A DNA stretch of 64,000 nt. Source: a virus. The notes below the pieces were generated by a model. It was not told where the DNA came from. It saw nothing but the letters and a program-made list of their open reading frames with translations, and searched no databases. Of this stretch, positions 18,339-26,627 are shown one piece after another; position 1 is the first letter of the stretch, and the number at the start of each line of letters is the position of its first letter. Position numbers and translations under genes: made by a program. Location of the stretch: the IMG/VR virus record IMGVR_UViG_3300023296_001674. One strand, given 5' to 3'.

Positions 18339-18569
18339 ATGAGTGTATTCAAAGACGTTCCAAAGATTGTTTGGACTAATTTTTATTTGGTCGTTGATAC
18401 GGCGGAGTTGGAATATGTCGATAATGGACGCGCTTATCGTGTTAAAGATGATTTTTTGAAAGAAGAATATCTTACCGCCAAGTCAGAAGGATGTTGTGGA
18501 TTTTTCGACACTGTTATCTTTGACGATATTGGTGACGAATGGATGGTTGGTTGCAATCACGGGCATTGA
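18339..18569 (+). CDS. Hypothetical protein
   Basis: ORF track. Promoter TTGACT ~18281 / TATAAC. RBS AAGGAG. Confidence 0.7.
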   Translation: MSVFKDVPKIVWTNFYLVVDTAELEYVDNGRAYRVKDDFLKEEYLTAKSEGCCGFFDTVIFDDIGDEWMVGCNHGH

Positions 18570-18582
18570 AAGGAATTAAATC

Positions 18583-18789
18583 ATGATACATTGTAGATTC
18601 AGGGATATTCGAGGTATGGGCATTGAAGTCGTTAGAGTCGATCAAGTGCCACCCGTTGATGATATAATTACAATCAATTATGTTATGTATGAAATATTTT
18701 CACGCGAATGGTCGGTGATCGATGCTGAAAAAGATACGCGAATGCTTGCTTGTGATGTATGGTTAACGGAATATAAAAAATCAAGATAA
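18583..18789 (+). CDS. Hypothetical protein
   Basis: ORF track; RBS AAAGGAA. Confidence 0.7.
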   Translation: MIHCRFRDIRGMGIEVVRVDQVPPVDDIITINYVMYEIFSREWSVIDAEKDTRMLACDVWLTEYKKSR

Positions 18790-18793
18790 TGTG

Positions 18794-18836
18794 TTGACTC
18801 TGGTTTGATTGTTCTTTATAACTTAATAATCAAACC
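18794..18836 (+). promoter_or_regulatory. Stem-loop promoter
   Basis: TTGACT 18794-18799, 17 nt, TATAAC 18817-18822. Arms ggtttgatt 18802-18810 and aatcaaacc 18828-18836. Confidence 0.65.
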
Positions 18837-18849
18837 AAGGAGAGATACA

Positions 18850-19050
18850 ATGTTAGTTCAATTATCCGGTAAAACAAACCACGGCAAAAACCGTATTCGT
18901 GAACATGGTTCGAGTTGGATGGTTCAAGACCTTCCGACTGGTGTAATATCAGCAAACCCAATGCCTACCCGCAAAACCCTAGTGTCTGTTTTAACAGGCG
19001 CGGAACGTTGGGTGAGTATGACAAACGATAAAGATTTTATTATCGCTTGA
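18850..19050 (+). CDS. Hypothetical protein
   Basis: Track ORF trimmed to ATG 18850 after AAGGAGAG. Confidence 0.65.
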   Translation: MLVQLSGKTNHGKNRIREHGSSWMVQDLPTGVISANPMPTRKTLVSVLTGAERWVSMTNDKDFIIA

Positions 19051-19109
19051 CTCTGATTCGATTGTTCTTTATAACTGAATAATCAAAACAACCCCGAAGG
19101 ATTAAGCAA

Positions 19110-19448
19110 ATGACAGGCATGAATTTTTCAGTATATCGTAACGGACGCGGCGACACTACTAACGGCGGCGTTTCCAGTTATCACGAGTCGCTGAACGTAT
19201 GCGCCGAAGGCATTGCGGAAATCTTTGACGCGACGTATGACACTCCAGCGGTTGCGCTTGTTATTCGTAATGTTTGCAACACCGCTTTTCCGATCATCGT
19301 TCCCATTGACAGCACTGAGGCAGGTGGGACAGAGCGTTACATGTTCGGCGGTAACTTTGCATGGACTTCCGATTCCCGTGTTTCGGAATGGTTGGAAGAA
19401 CGCGGATTTACAAACGCCCCAATCAAAATATTTGACCGACAGGAGTAG
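19110..19448 (+). CDS. Hypothetical protein
   Basis: ORF track. Promoter TTGACT 19047-19052 / TATAAC 19070-19075. Confidence 0.7.
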   Translation: MTGMNFSVYRNGRGDTTNGGVSSYHESLNVCAEGIAEIFDATYDTPAVALVIRNVCNTAFPIIVPIDSTEAGGTERYMFGGNFAWTSDSRVSEWLEERGFTNAPIKIFDRQE

Positions 19449-19451
19449 GCA

Positions 19452-19556
19452 ATGAGAAACGAAGGCACACTCGAAGAACGATATGAAATTTATAAAACCA
19501 ACGCGGAACTTTTGGGTTGGTACATTAAAACTTTTGATGAATGGATGAACAGCTAA
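19452..19556 (+). CDS. Small hypothetical protein (34 aa)
   Basis: Not in the ORF track. GGAG RBS at 19441-19445. MRNEGTLEERYEIYKTNAELLGWYIKTFDEWMNS. Terminator follows. Confidence 0.5.
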   Translation: MRNEGTLEERYEIYKTNAELLGWYIKTFDEWMNS

Positions 19557-19621
19557 AAAGGAGACGGGGTTCGCCCCGTTTTCTTTTAGGTATATATTCC
19601 AGAAAAAACTCATCCCTCCCT
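19555..19621 (-). ncRNA. Predicted ~67-nt RNA from copy E (micro-ORF MSFFWNIYLKENG...)
   Basis: Predicted +1 at 19621. Ends at hairpin 19579-19564 plus a U5 run. Confidence 0.35.
19564..19587. terminator. Bidirectional terminator
   Basis: acggggttcgccccgt hairpin, T-rich after and A5 before. Confidence 0.75.
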
Positions 19622-19655
19622 ACCGTAATAATACCACAATCAACCAAAGAGTCAA
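19610..19655 (-). promoter_or_regulatory. AGGGAGGGATGA-class promoter, copy E
   Basis: Minus strand: TTGACT (19655-19650), 16 nt, TATTAT (19633-19628), 6 nt, 12-mer 19621-19610. Confidence 0.6.
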
Positions 19656-19666
19656 GCGTTAAAGAC

Positions 19667-19788
19667 AAAAAAAGACCCGCCAATTATTAGCGAGTCTTTT
19701 TTCTTTCTCAGGGTACGCCCTCCGATAGCCGAAGGGCAAAATGAATTCGCTACTTAACCGATCCCTCAATTATTTTCGCTGCATCAGA
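19667..19788 (-). ncRNA. Candidate ~120-nt small RNA
   Basis: Minus promoter TTGACT (19823-19818), 17 nt, TATATT (19800-19795). Internal hairpin CCCUUCGGCUAUCGGAGGG. Terminator AGACUCGC/GCGGGUCU plus U7, which pairs fully (one G-U) only on the minus strand. No plausible ORF. Confidence 0.45.
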
Positions 19789-19899
19789 AGTTATAATATA
19801 CCACCTACATTAAAAAGAGTCAACATCTATTATTCGCTTGACTATGGTTCAGTTATGTTCTATGTTTAATCATCAATAACAAATAGAAAGGTTTCAACC

Positions 19900-20445
19900 A
19901 TGAAAATCAAACACGCAAAATTCGGACTGGCAGCAAAGAACATCAAGGTATCTGATACGGATGATGGATATATGTGGAGTGCATCTTTTTATCTTGATGG
20001 TGCAAAAATTGGAACTGCACACGATCAAGGGCATGGCGGCGAAATGAATACACGCGGCATAGATAAAACGGCAATGGCGAAAATCGAAACATATGCGGCA
20101 AGTTTGCCACATGATACCACTTACGGACTCGATATGGCACAAAGTGCCGAAATTGTTCTTGAAGAAAACGCAATGAGTACCGATTCATTCAACAGCGTTC
20201 TAAAGAAAACAAAAGCCGCATTGCGAAAGAAAGTTATGGCAAAAGGTAATAAAGAAGGAATTTTTCGCACTTGGAAAATTCCCACTGGTATGACTGCTGA
20301 AACGAAAATGACTAAACTCCGCGAACAAAAAATCGGTGAAACGTTTGAATTTTTGAACGAACTACCACCAGAAGATGCAATGGATTTTCTTTATGTGGTT
20401 GAACCAGAACCCGATTTTAGCAAGCCGTTTGAACTGGTAACATAA
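19900..20445 (+). CDS. Hypothetical protein
   Basis: ORF track. Promoter TTGACT 19838-19843 / TATGTT 19861-19866. Confidence 0.75.
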   Translation: MKIKHAKFGLAAKNIKVSDTDDGYMWSASFYLDGAKIGTAHDQGHGGEMNTRGIDKTAMAKIETYAASLPHDTTYGLDMAQSAEIVLEENAMSTDSFNSVLKKTKAALRKKVMAKGNKEGIFRTWKIPTGMTAETKMTKLREQKIGETFEFLNELPPEDAMDFLYVVEPEPDFSKPFELVT

Positions 20446-20455
20446 GTAAAACAAA

Positions 20456-20482
20456 GGGTGGGGATATTCCCCATCCTTTTTT
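20456..20482. terminator. Bidirectional terminator
   Basis: gggtgggga/tccccatcc hairpin, then T6. Confidence 0.7.
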
Positions 20483-20507
20483 ACATCCATTAACATCCAT
20501 AAAATGC

Positions 20508-20554
20508 TCATCCCTCCCTATCATCACAATACGACCTAACTGTATCAAAGTCAA
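20508..20554 (-). promoter_or_regulatory. AGGGAGGGATGA-class promoter, copy F
   Basis: Minus strand: TTGACT (20554-20549), 17 nt, TATTGT (20531-20526), 6 nt, 12-mer 20519-20508. Confidence 0.55.
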
Positions 20555-20618
20555 CACTTATTTTTCACTTGACATATAATATTTTAATGGTATTATACTT
20601 ACAGAAAGGACAAAAATT

Positions 20619-20924
20619 ATGAAACGATTATTAGTAATAGCCGCAGCATTATTAATTATTTCTTCTAATGTTGCAAAAGCAGAACCAGAAATCACTTATG
20701 AGAAATGCACTTCATCGTTGGTGAATGGATTTACATCTGGTATAACTGCATTCAAATGCAATGACAAATACTCCCTTCCGAGTGCATTCATGTATAAGTG
20801 TTCGTATATTGAAAAATATCCTAACAATAAAACACTTGTGGAAGAATGTGAAATATTTTTGAAATCATTGAAGGCTAAACGCCTCAGTCGATTAATGCGC
20901 CAAGGTAAAAAAATATCAATATAA
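20619..20924 (+). CDS. Secreted protein (signal peptide)
   Basis: MKRLLVIAAALLIISSNVAKA signal sequence. Promoter TTGACA ~20568 / TATTAT. Confidence 0.75.
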   Translation: MKRLLVIAAALLIISSNVAKAEPEITYEKCTSSLVNGFTSGITAFKCNDKYSLPSAFMYKCSYIEKYPNNKTLVEECEIFLKSLKAKRLSRLMRQGKKISI

Positions 20925-20934
20925 GGAGTCGACC

Positions 20935-21186
20935 ATGCGATCCAATGAAGTAATATTTTACAGAACCATAAATATATTTTTTGGTATATATCAATGGTTT
21001 ACCGAACATGATTTTCTACGTTGTTTCGCGATAGGATTGTCATCTTTATATCTTCTTATCGCGTTTATATCGTGGGACTTAATGTGGGTTTCGTTTGTTA
21101 CAACGGATGCCAGATTAGAATTCGTGTTTTATACGTTTATTTCCATCGTTATTTCTTGGGCAGTTTGGGGAATTAAATACAAATAA
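20935..21186 (+). CDS. Membrane protein
   Basis: ORF track; RBS AAGGAG; multiple hydrophobic segments. Confidence 0.7.
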   Translation: MRSNEVIFYRTINIFFGIYQWFTEHDFLRCFAIGLSSLYLLIAFISWDLMWVSFVTTDARLEFVFYTFISIVISWAVWGIKYK

Positions 21187-21250
21187 TCATTGACACCGCC
21201 TATCTTTCTTGCTAAGTTCTAATCATCAATCAAACAAAAGGAACTGAACC

Positions 21251-21511
21251 ATGAAATTCATATATAAAGATTTAACAGTTTGCGATTTCGATGCGATGTG
21301 TGATATGTTCGCGTCAAACTGCGAAGTGGTCGATTACGTTTATTATGACGGCGAATACGTTGTCGGTGATATCACCGGTATAACAAGTGACCGCCGTTTC
21401 GTGTTAAGTGTGGATGGCGTTGGAACTGAATTGTATTCTAATGCTGGCACGATGTTCGCCGTTGAAGATTATGGTTCTGAAATGCAGGTTCGTATTATTT
21501 CTATAAAATAA
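21251..21511 (+). CDS. Hypothetical protein
   Basis: ORF track. Promoter TTGACA ~21190 / TAAGTT. Confidence 0.7.
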   Translation: MKFIYKDLTVCDFDAMCDMFASNCEVVDYVYYDGEYVVGDITGITSDRRFVLSVDGVGTELYSNAGTMFAVEDYGSEMQVRIISIK

Positions 21512-21514
21512 CTG

Positions 21515-21554
21515 TTGACTCTGGTGTAGTTAGTTCGTATATTAACTACACCAG
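21515..21554 (+). promoter_or_regulatory. Stem-loop promoter (12-bp perfect palindrome arms)
   Basis: TTGACT 21515-21520, 17 nt, TATATT 21538-21543. Arms ctggtgtagtta 21521-21532 and taactacaccag 21543-21554. Identical copy at 29314-29353. Confidence 0.7.
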
Positions 21555-21570
21555 AACAAAGGAACTGAAT

Positions 21571-21786
21571 ATGCAAAACGCAATCGAACAAGCGACGCAC
21601 CTCGGAATTCAATCATTTAACTCGGGCGAGTCGCTTGTGCCATTCCGCAATAATTCATTGATGGATTTGCTGGAAACACAACGAAATCGCTCATGGGATT
21701 GCACCCCGATTTTAACTGCATATCAAAACGGATTCATAACCGCGCAACAATCTGCGCCCGTACCGGAGGAATTGTTAGTTGCGTAA
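21571..21786 (+). CDS. Hypothetical protein
   Basis: ORF track. Confidence 0.7.
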   Translation: MQNAIEQATHLGIQSFNSGESLVPFRNNSLMDLLETQRNRSWDCTPILTAYQNGFITAQQSAPVPEELLVA

Positions 21787-21852
21787 AAACCCCTTGACTC
21801 TGGTTCAGTTAGTTGCTATAACTGTATCAACTTAACCCGAAAGGAACACACA

Positions 21853-22278
21853 ATGTCTGATGAACTTCCAGTAACACAAACGAAAATCTTGCGCGAAGGT
21901 TTTGTCGCATGTTATGAACACAGAATATGGGGAACTGGATATTTGGACTCCAGCGGCGGAGGTAATTCATTTGTTCAAAAATTGCCCGATAACAAAATTC
22001 GTGACGATATTGAAAAGGCTAATAACGACGCCAAAAGCATCAAATCGATGACAAATTATTATGGCAAAGAACAGGTATCATTCGATACAGTTAAGGTCGT
22101 TTATTATATGGAACGTGCCACACACACAGACGTCACGAATGAAACCGTGTTGAAAAATTTCATCGCTGAACGCGCCTTGAAAAAACTATCCGAGGCCGAA
22201 GTCGAAGCACTTCAAGAATATTATCGATCAGCGGCGATCAGCGAAGATGATGGTCGCCACGGAATGCAAACCCGATAA
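21853..22278 (+). CDS. Hypothetical protein
   Basis: ORF track. Promoter TTGACT 21794-21799 / TATAAC 21817-21822. Confidence 0.75.
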   Translation: MSDELPVTQTKILREGFVACYEHRIWGTGYLDSSGGGNSFVQKLPDNKIRDDIEKANNDAKSIKSMTNYYGKEQVSFDTVKVVYYMERATHTDVTNETVLKNFIAERALKKLSEAEVEALQEYYRSAAISEDDGRHGMQTR

Positions 22279-22348
22279 TAACTGTTGACAATGGTGTAGT
22301 TATATCGTATAACTACATCAACGTTTAACCACTTAAAGGATTTCAATC

Positions 22349-22885
22349 ATGGGAACTTGGGCTGTACCATTTACCGAAAAACAAGCAAACGAACTTCGTG
22401 TTATCATGTCAAAGCATGTTGACGTAAAAGACGCCGCCGAGGTATTTTATAATTATGTTGGCGATGATGGGTTGTTTGATTTGTTCATTGATACCGAACG
22501 CAAAAATGGTTCCGAACAAGATTCTCGTGCGTATGTTATGGATCATTTACAAACTTGGTTTGGTGCAACTGGTGATAGCGAACAGGTTCGCAAAGATTGG
22601 AATTTTAGCCAAAAATTCGAACCGGGCGCACTTGATATCATTCGCCTAATGCTTACCGATTGGCATTTGGATACTACATTTCCAAAATGCACAGAACTAA
22701 GCGCGACAAGTATGTTAAACGGTCTTGCGCAAATGTTGGAGACCGATGGTTGGGATTCATTGAGAGAAACCGGCGTCGAAATTGAACAAATAAGTGTTGC
22801 GCTGAATGGCATCATGTATTTAACCCTTGGCGATGGTAGCGGAAATAGAAAGGCGTTTCGTGTTTCTGTTGTTGACGACGAATAA
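22349..22885 (+). CDS. Hypothetical protein
   Basis: ORF track. Promoter TTGACA 22285-22290 / TATAAC 22308-22313. Confidence 0.75.
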   Translation: MGTWAVPFTEKQANELRVIMSKHVDVKDAAEVFYNYVGDDGLFDLFIDTERKNGSEQDSRAYVMDHLQTWFGATGDSEQVRKDWNFSQKFEPGALDIIRLMLTDWHLDTTFPKCTELSATSMLNGLAQMLETDGWDSLRETGVEIEQISVALNGIMYLTLGDGSGNRKAFRVSVVDDE

Positions 22886-22951
22886 CCCTTGACACTGGTT
22901 CAGTTAATCGCTATAACTTAATCAACGAAACACCAACAGAAAGACAATCAA

Positions 22952-23248
22952 ATGTCAATCGGACAAACAATCATTAGCCAGATCAACGAAATCGATTTTT
23001 GGGCACGCGCCCGTTGGGGTGTAACCGGTGGAACTGGACGAAGACCCATCAAAATCGAGAACGGCGTTAAGTTCAAAACGTGCGGAATAGTTAAGTGGAA
23101 AGGTTGGGTTTCAATTACCCTGAACGGTATGGACACTTATGATATCTCATTCTTTCGTATTCGTGCCGGTGAAATTAGGGTTGACAAGGTGGTTAATAAT
23201 GTTTACAATGACCAACTTGTAACAATCATTGACGAACAGGTTGGTTAA
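22952..23248 (+). CDS. Hypothetical protein
   Basis: ORF track. Promoter TTGACA 22889-22894 / TATAAC 22912-22917. Confidence 0.7.
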   Translation: MSIGQTIISQINEIDFWARARWGVTGGTGRRPIKIENGVKFKTCGIVKWKGWVSITLNGMDTYDISFFRIRAGEIRVDKVVNNVYNDQLVTIIDEQVG

Positions 23249-23249
23249 A

Positions 23250-23420
23250 ATGGATATACTTTTAAGTTTTTTCTTCGGATACATATATTTAATATGTTTT
23301 ATGGTTAGAATATCATGGATTGATACATTTCCAATTAGGAATTGGAAAGATTTGATCTTGCTTCAAACTTCCACTTATCGCCATTACGACGGCACGGAAT
23401 CTAAATCTAGGAAATACTAA
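23250..23420 (+). CDS. Small membrane protein
   Basis: Track ORF trimmed to ATG 23250. TM segment ILLSFFFGYIYLICFMV. Its stop overlaps the next ATG. Confidence 0.5.
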   Translation: MDILLSFFFGYIYLICFMVRISWIDTFPIRNWKDLILLQTSTYRHYDGTESKSRKY

Positions 23421-23683
23421 TGACTGAATATCGCATTGTAACAACACATGATGAAACCAAAGTGACGATTGACGAGCAAACTGCGAGTCAGCTTGCATTG
23501 GCTTCAAATGGTGAATGGACACACGAAACCTTTACGAAGGCTGGTAAATGCAGAGTCCTTGTATTTACTGAAAACCATTCATTGGCTGAACGCGACTATT
23601 GGGGCAACGCCAAAATGGTTGTATATATCAATCCTAACGATAAAATGGTTGTTATCGAAAAAGACTTGACACTGTATCGCTAA
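23420..23683 (+). CDS. Hypothetical protein
   Basis: ORF track. Confidence 0.7.
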   Translation: MTEYRIVTTHDETKVTIDEQTASQLALASNGEWTHETFTKAGKCRVLVFTENHSLAERDYWGNAKMVVYINPNDKMVVIEKDLTLYR

Positions 23684-23728
23684 GACGCTAAGTTCTAATC
23701 ATCGAAACACAAACAGAAAGCAAAACCA

Positions 23729-24010
23729 ATGACCGACGAAACCGAAACCCCCGAATTGATTTCAGTTACAGAATTTTACAAACGGACGGTTAGTTTCCGT
23801 GAAAAATTCGGAACCAAACTCGAGCCGGAAATGTATGCAAATCTCAGCAAGATGTATACGATATCCTACTTTCGAATGGATAACAAAGACCCAATGTGGG
23901 ACGTCGCCGTTGAGATCTATCAATCAACTATCGATGAATTTCATCGCCGTATGGAAATGATGGGATACCCCGACATCACTGAATATGAAATGGTCGAAGA
24001 CAATGGCTGA
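23729..24010 (+). CDS. Hypothetical protein
   Basis: ORF track. Promoter TTGACA 23666-23671 / TAAGTT 23689-23694, inside the end of the previous gene. Confidence 0.7.
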   Translation: MTDETETPELISVTEFYKRTVSFREKFGTKLEPEMYANLSKMYTISYFRMDNKDPMWDVAVEIYQSTIDEFHRRMEMMGYPDITEYEMVEDNG

Positions 24011-24209
24011 TTCAGAACGCGACTGTTTGCTGGTGTTCGCTGGTGAAACTCATTATCCCCTTGGTGGTTACGAGGACTGTAAAGGTATGTTCACCAGCGA
24101 AGCGCAAGCAATGGAACACATCGCAAAAATACATTGTGAATGGTGGCAAGTGTGTCGCATGGATGAACTAATTGGTATGGTTCTTATTAATAGCGGCAAA
24201 CGAAAATAA
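24003..24209 (+). CDS. Hypothetical protein
   Basis: Track ORF trimmed to ATG 24003 (ATGGCTGA overlap). Confidence 0.65.
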   Translation: MADSERDCLLVFAGETHYPLGGYEDCKGMFTSEAQAMEHIAKIHCEWWQVCRMDELIGMVLINSGKRK

Positions 24210-24273
24210 GTGCTTGACAGTGGTTCAGTTAATTGCTATGTTAAATCATCGAAACGAACAAAGGATGACCCAG

Positions 24274-24519
24274 ATGAGAAAAACAATTTTTGCTAACGTT
24301 GATCGCAAGCCTCACCAAGCACCCGGCGGCGAGTTTGAAGTTTTCGACACCGCCACTTCGATGACTATGACGACGGGTATGGGTTGGAAGGCAGCATGGG
24401 AAGAATTCGATAAACTCCACGTTGACGGCGATAACTTAGACGTTCGCCCAAGCACCCCAATTCCTGTTGTTGGTTTCGTTGGTAATATCAATCCGTTATT
24501 GTTGACCGAATTTCGTTAA
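24274..24519 (+). CDS. Hypothetical protein
   Basis: Track ORF trimmed to ATG 24274, downstream of promoter TTGACA 24214-24219 / TATGTT 24237-24242. Confidence 0.65.
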   Translation: MRKTIFANVDRKPHQAPGGEFEVFDTATSMTMTTGMGWKAAWEEFDKLHVDGDNLDVRPSTPIPVVGFVGNINPLLLTEFR

Positions 24520-24551
24520 AAGTTTCATGGTAAACTAAGGGTTTTCCCCTA

Positions 24552-24591
24552 CCCGGTGAATTGAGCGCAAGTTCTTCATCGGGATTTTTTT
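24552..24591 (+). terminator. Rho-independent terminator
   Basis: cccggtgaa pairs with ttcatcggg (one G-U), then T7. Confidence 0.7.
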
Positions 24592-24629
24592 GTCTTGACA
24601 TTATTAAAACGTCGTGGTATAGTTAAATC

Positions 24630-24742
24630 TAAATAGGGTGAAAGTTCAGTTAGACCTAGTTCAAGTAGCCCGAACATTATAAAGATGAATAATTCTTAAA
24701 CAAACATAAAGGGAAACACCGGAATGATTCCGGTGTTTTTTT
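24630..24742 (+). ncRNA. Candidate ~113-nt small RNA with its own promoter and terminator
   Basis: TTGACA 24595-24600, 17 nt, TATAGT 24618-24623. Terminator acaccgg/ccggtgt (24716-24736) plus T7. Only a 4-codon ORF inside. Confidence 0.5.
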
Positions 24743-24753
24743 GTCTGGAACCC

Positions 24754-24807
24754 ATAGCATCAACAGGTTTTTTCCTATAGCATCAACAGGTTTTTTCCTA
24801 TAGCATC
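24754..24807 (+). repeat. 23-bp tandem repeat x2.3 (atagcatcaacaggttttttcct)
   Basis: Units at 24754-24776 and 24777-24799, partial unit 24800-24807. Immediately upstream of promoter TTGACT 24823-24828. Confidence 0.85.
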
Positions 24808-24880
24808 TATGGAATTTTCCCCTTGACTCCTATGGCTTTACTTGCTATGGTTCTATCAATTCAAACGAAAGGACAATATT

Positions 24881-25327
24881 ATGATTACCGGAAGTCGCGC
24901 ACGAATATTGGCAGAAACCACTTGGGGAACTGGTGGGACTCACTCTGCAAGAACCAATCGCAAAGGTGCATTCTATTATTCGTGTTCAGGACATGGTGGA
25001 TACATCGTCGACGGTAATGCCCTAACCGTTGCGGAGCGTGATCACATAGACCGATTTAAAAAACCTGAATATGTATGGGCAATTATCAACGATGAAACCA
25101 GTGCGGTTCGTAAAACATCGAACCCGTTTTCAACTAAACGTTTCTTTGCCCATATGCGCGTAGGTGAAAGACTGGACAAAAACTATCCGATTTATTATTT
25201 TGAAGAAGATTGCGACTGGTCAATCCTTGAAAAGTTCACTGACATTCGCGCAGGTGGTAAGGATACCGACGCAGATACAATTCTCAATATATTCTATCGC
25301 TGGTGCCATGATCGCGAGGCGGCATAA
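24881..25327 (+). CDS. Hypothetical protein
   Basis: Track ORF trimmed to ATG 24881 after AAAGGA. MITGSRARILAETTWGTGGTHSARTN... Confidence 0.7.
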   Translation: MITGSRARILAETTWGTGGTHSARTNRKGAFYYSCSGHGGYIVDGNALTVAERDHIDRFKKPEYVWAIINDETSAVRKTSNPFSTKRFFAHMRVGERLDKNYPIYYFEEDCDWSILEKFTDIRAGGKDTDADTILNIFYRWCHDREAA

Positions 25328-25381
25328 AGTGATCAAAGAGGTTACATTTATGTAACCTCTTTGACTAACTTAAAATAGTTC

Positions 25382-25427
25382 TTGCATTATCGATTGACTC
25401 GTGTATGATCATATCAGGGAGGGATCA
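25382..25427 (+). promoter_or_regulatory. AGGGAGGGATGA-class promoter, copy G (variant AGGGAGGGATCA)
   Basis: TTGCAT 25382-25387, 16 nt, TATGAT 25404-25409, 6 nt, 12-mer 25416-25427. Confidence 0.5.
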
Positions 25428-25577
25428 GCGTTTTTTATGGCGCAAGATTATTACAAAATTAAGTGAAACAAAGTAATAAAATAATGCATTATTCGGTTGA
25501 CCATGTTACAGTTATTTGCTATATTTAAATTGTTCCAAGGCACTAACGCCTAACACAGATTGAAAGGGAACCACAAA

Positions 25578-26054
25578 ATGTTAAACCGCAACCAAGTAAA
25601 TGAGATTTTAGCCCCGCTTAACGGAAACACGTTTATCGGCTTAACCGCCACAACGATTCCAAAATTAACTGGCGGCAAGAAAAACGATATGCAGGGTGAA
25701 ATCACCAAACGCACCGTTTCTGTTGTTCAGGTTTTCCAGAACAAATCCACGAACGGATATGAAAACAAGCGCTTGAAAGCGAATCCAGACTTCAAATTGG
25801 GTGATCGCCCTTGGGGAACACGCGTTAAAGGAACACCGTTCATTGAACATAAAGGCGCGGATTACATGGAAGTAATTTTCGTAAGCACCGATTCAGTTGA
25901 TTATTTTCGCAATGGCGAACCAATCGAAAAAGATCAAATCGTTGGTTTGCCTGCCAGCCGCCCCGCTGGTGATACGGATAATGTAATTATTCGAACATAT
26001 AAACTGGAAAGCATCGATTCACTTCGGGCGTTTGGGGCGGAATACACCGCCTAA
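25578..26054 (+). CDS. Hypothetical protein
   Basis: Track ORF trimmed to ATG 25578 after AAAGGGAA. Promoter TTGACC 25497-25502 / TATATT 25520-25525. Confidence 0.7.
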   Translation: MLNRNQVNEILAPLNGNTFIGLTATTIPKLTGGKKNDMQGEITKRTVSVVQVFQNKSTNGYENKRLKANPDFKLGDRPWGTRVKGTPFIEHKGADYMEVIFVSTDSVDYFRNGEPIEKDQIVGLPASRPAGDTDNVIIRTYKLESIDSLRAFGAEYTA

Positions 26055-26073
26055 CCGATTCATACAAGGAAAA

Positions 26074-26104
26074 GAAAGTCAAGAGAAATCTTGACTTTCT
26101 TTTC
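26074..26104. terminator. Bidirectional terminator carrying TTGACT in its arm
   Basis: gaaagtcaaga-gaaa-tcttgactttc, then T-run. The same core agtcaagagaaatcttgact recurs at 27839-27858. Confidence 0.75.
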
Positions 26105-26153
26105 GATTCATTTGTTCACGTTTTGTTCTTATAAGATGATACCCAAAAAAAAC

Positions 26154-26201
26154 TCATCCCTCCCTGATACAAAATTACCACGTTTACCCCATACGAGTCA
26201 A
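26154..26201 (-). promoter_or_regulatory. AGGGAGGGATGA-class promoter, copy H
   Basis: Minus strand: TTGACT (26201-26196), 18 nt, TAATTT (26177-26172), 6 nt, 12-mer 26165-26154. Confidence 0.55.
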
Positions 26202-26217
26202 CACTTAATTTATTTTT

Positions 26218-26277
26218 ATTTAGGGGGTTGACTCATCTGATGCCTACCTTTATAACTACAAATAGAAACCAACCACA
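26218..26277 (+). repeat. 60-bp direct repeat (promoter plus UTR cassette), copy 1
   Basis: atttagggggttgactcatctgatgcctacctttataactacaaatagaaaccaaccaca, identical to 26713-26772. Contains TTGACT 26228-26233 / TATAAC 26251-26256. Confidence 0.9.
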
Positions 26278-26292
26278 TAAGGAATTGCCCAC

Positions 26293-26595
26293 ATGAAAAA
26301 CACTTACATAAACGCAGTATTCTTTAATGTATCTAACGAAAACGGTTTGGATACGTTTGCCGATAAGGTCCAGAAAGCATTGGATTGCGAATTGTTTTAT
26401 TATGAAAATGGTAGGGAAATAGGCGTGGTTACGTGTGGCGGTTCCCCATCTGGCAAGGATTACCAGTTTGGCATGGGTGGTGGCAACTTTGATTTGGATC
26501 ATAACGTGGTGCTATATTCCGAACCCGCTACCGTGTTCGTTATGTTCGATGACGCTAGTGGTAGCAGGTGCGTTCAGCCAGTAAGCCACCGATAA
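26293..26595 (+). CDS. Hypothetical protein
   Basis: ORF track; RBS AAGGAA. Confidence 0.7.
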   Translation: MKNTYINAVFFNVSNENGLDTFADKVQKALDCELFYYENGREIGVVTCGGSPSGKDYQFGMGGGNFDLDHNVVLYSEPATVFVMFDDASGSRCVQPVSHR

Positions 26596-26627
26596 GAAAA
26601 GAAATCGGCGCGGGGGCAAATTAGCCC

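Noticed and set aside
19128-19613. 161-aa minus-strand ORF (and the similar 108-aa ORF 26907-27233)
   Set aside because: Both are antisense to well-supported + strand genes and cross terminator hairpins. Only their first codons (MSFFW) are meaningful, as the micro-ORF of the AGGGAGGGATGA units.
24520-24850. tRNA gene in the 360-bp gene-free gap (also checked 19660-19840, 25330-25560 and 27830-28180)
   Set aside because: I found no cloverleaf with conserved GTTC/T-loop and acceptor pairing by eye. The hairpins there are terminators or sRNA-like stems. A tRNA scan would be needed to be certain.
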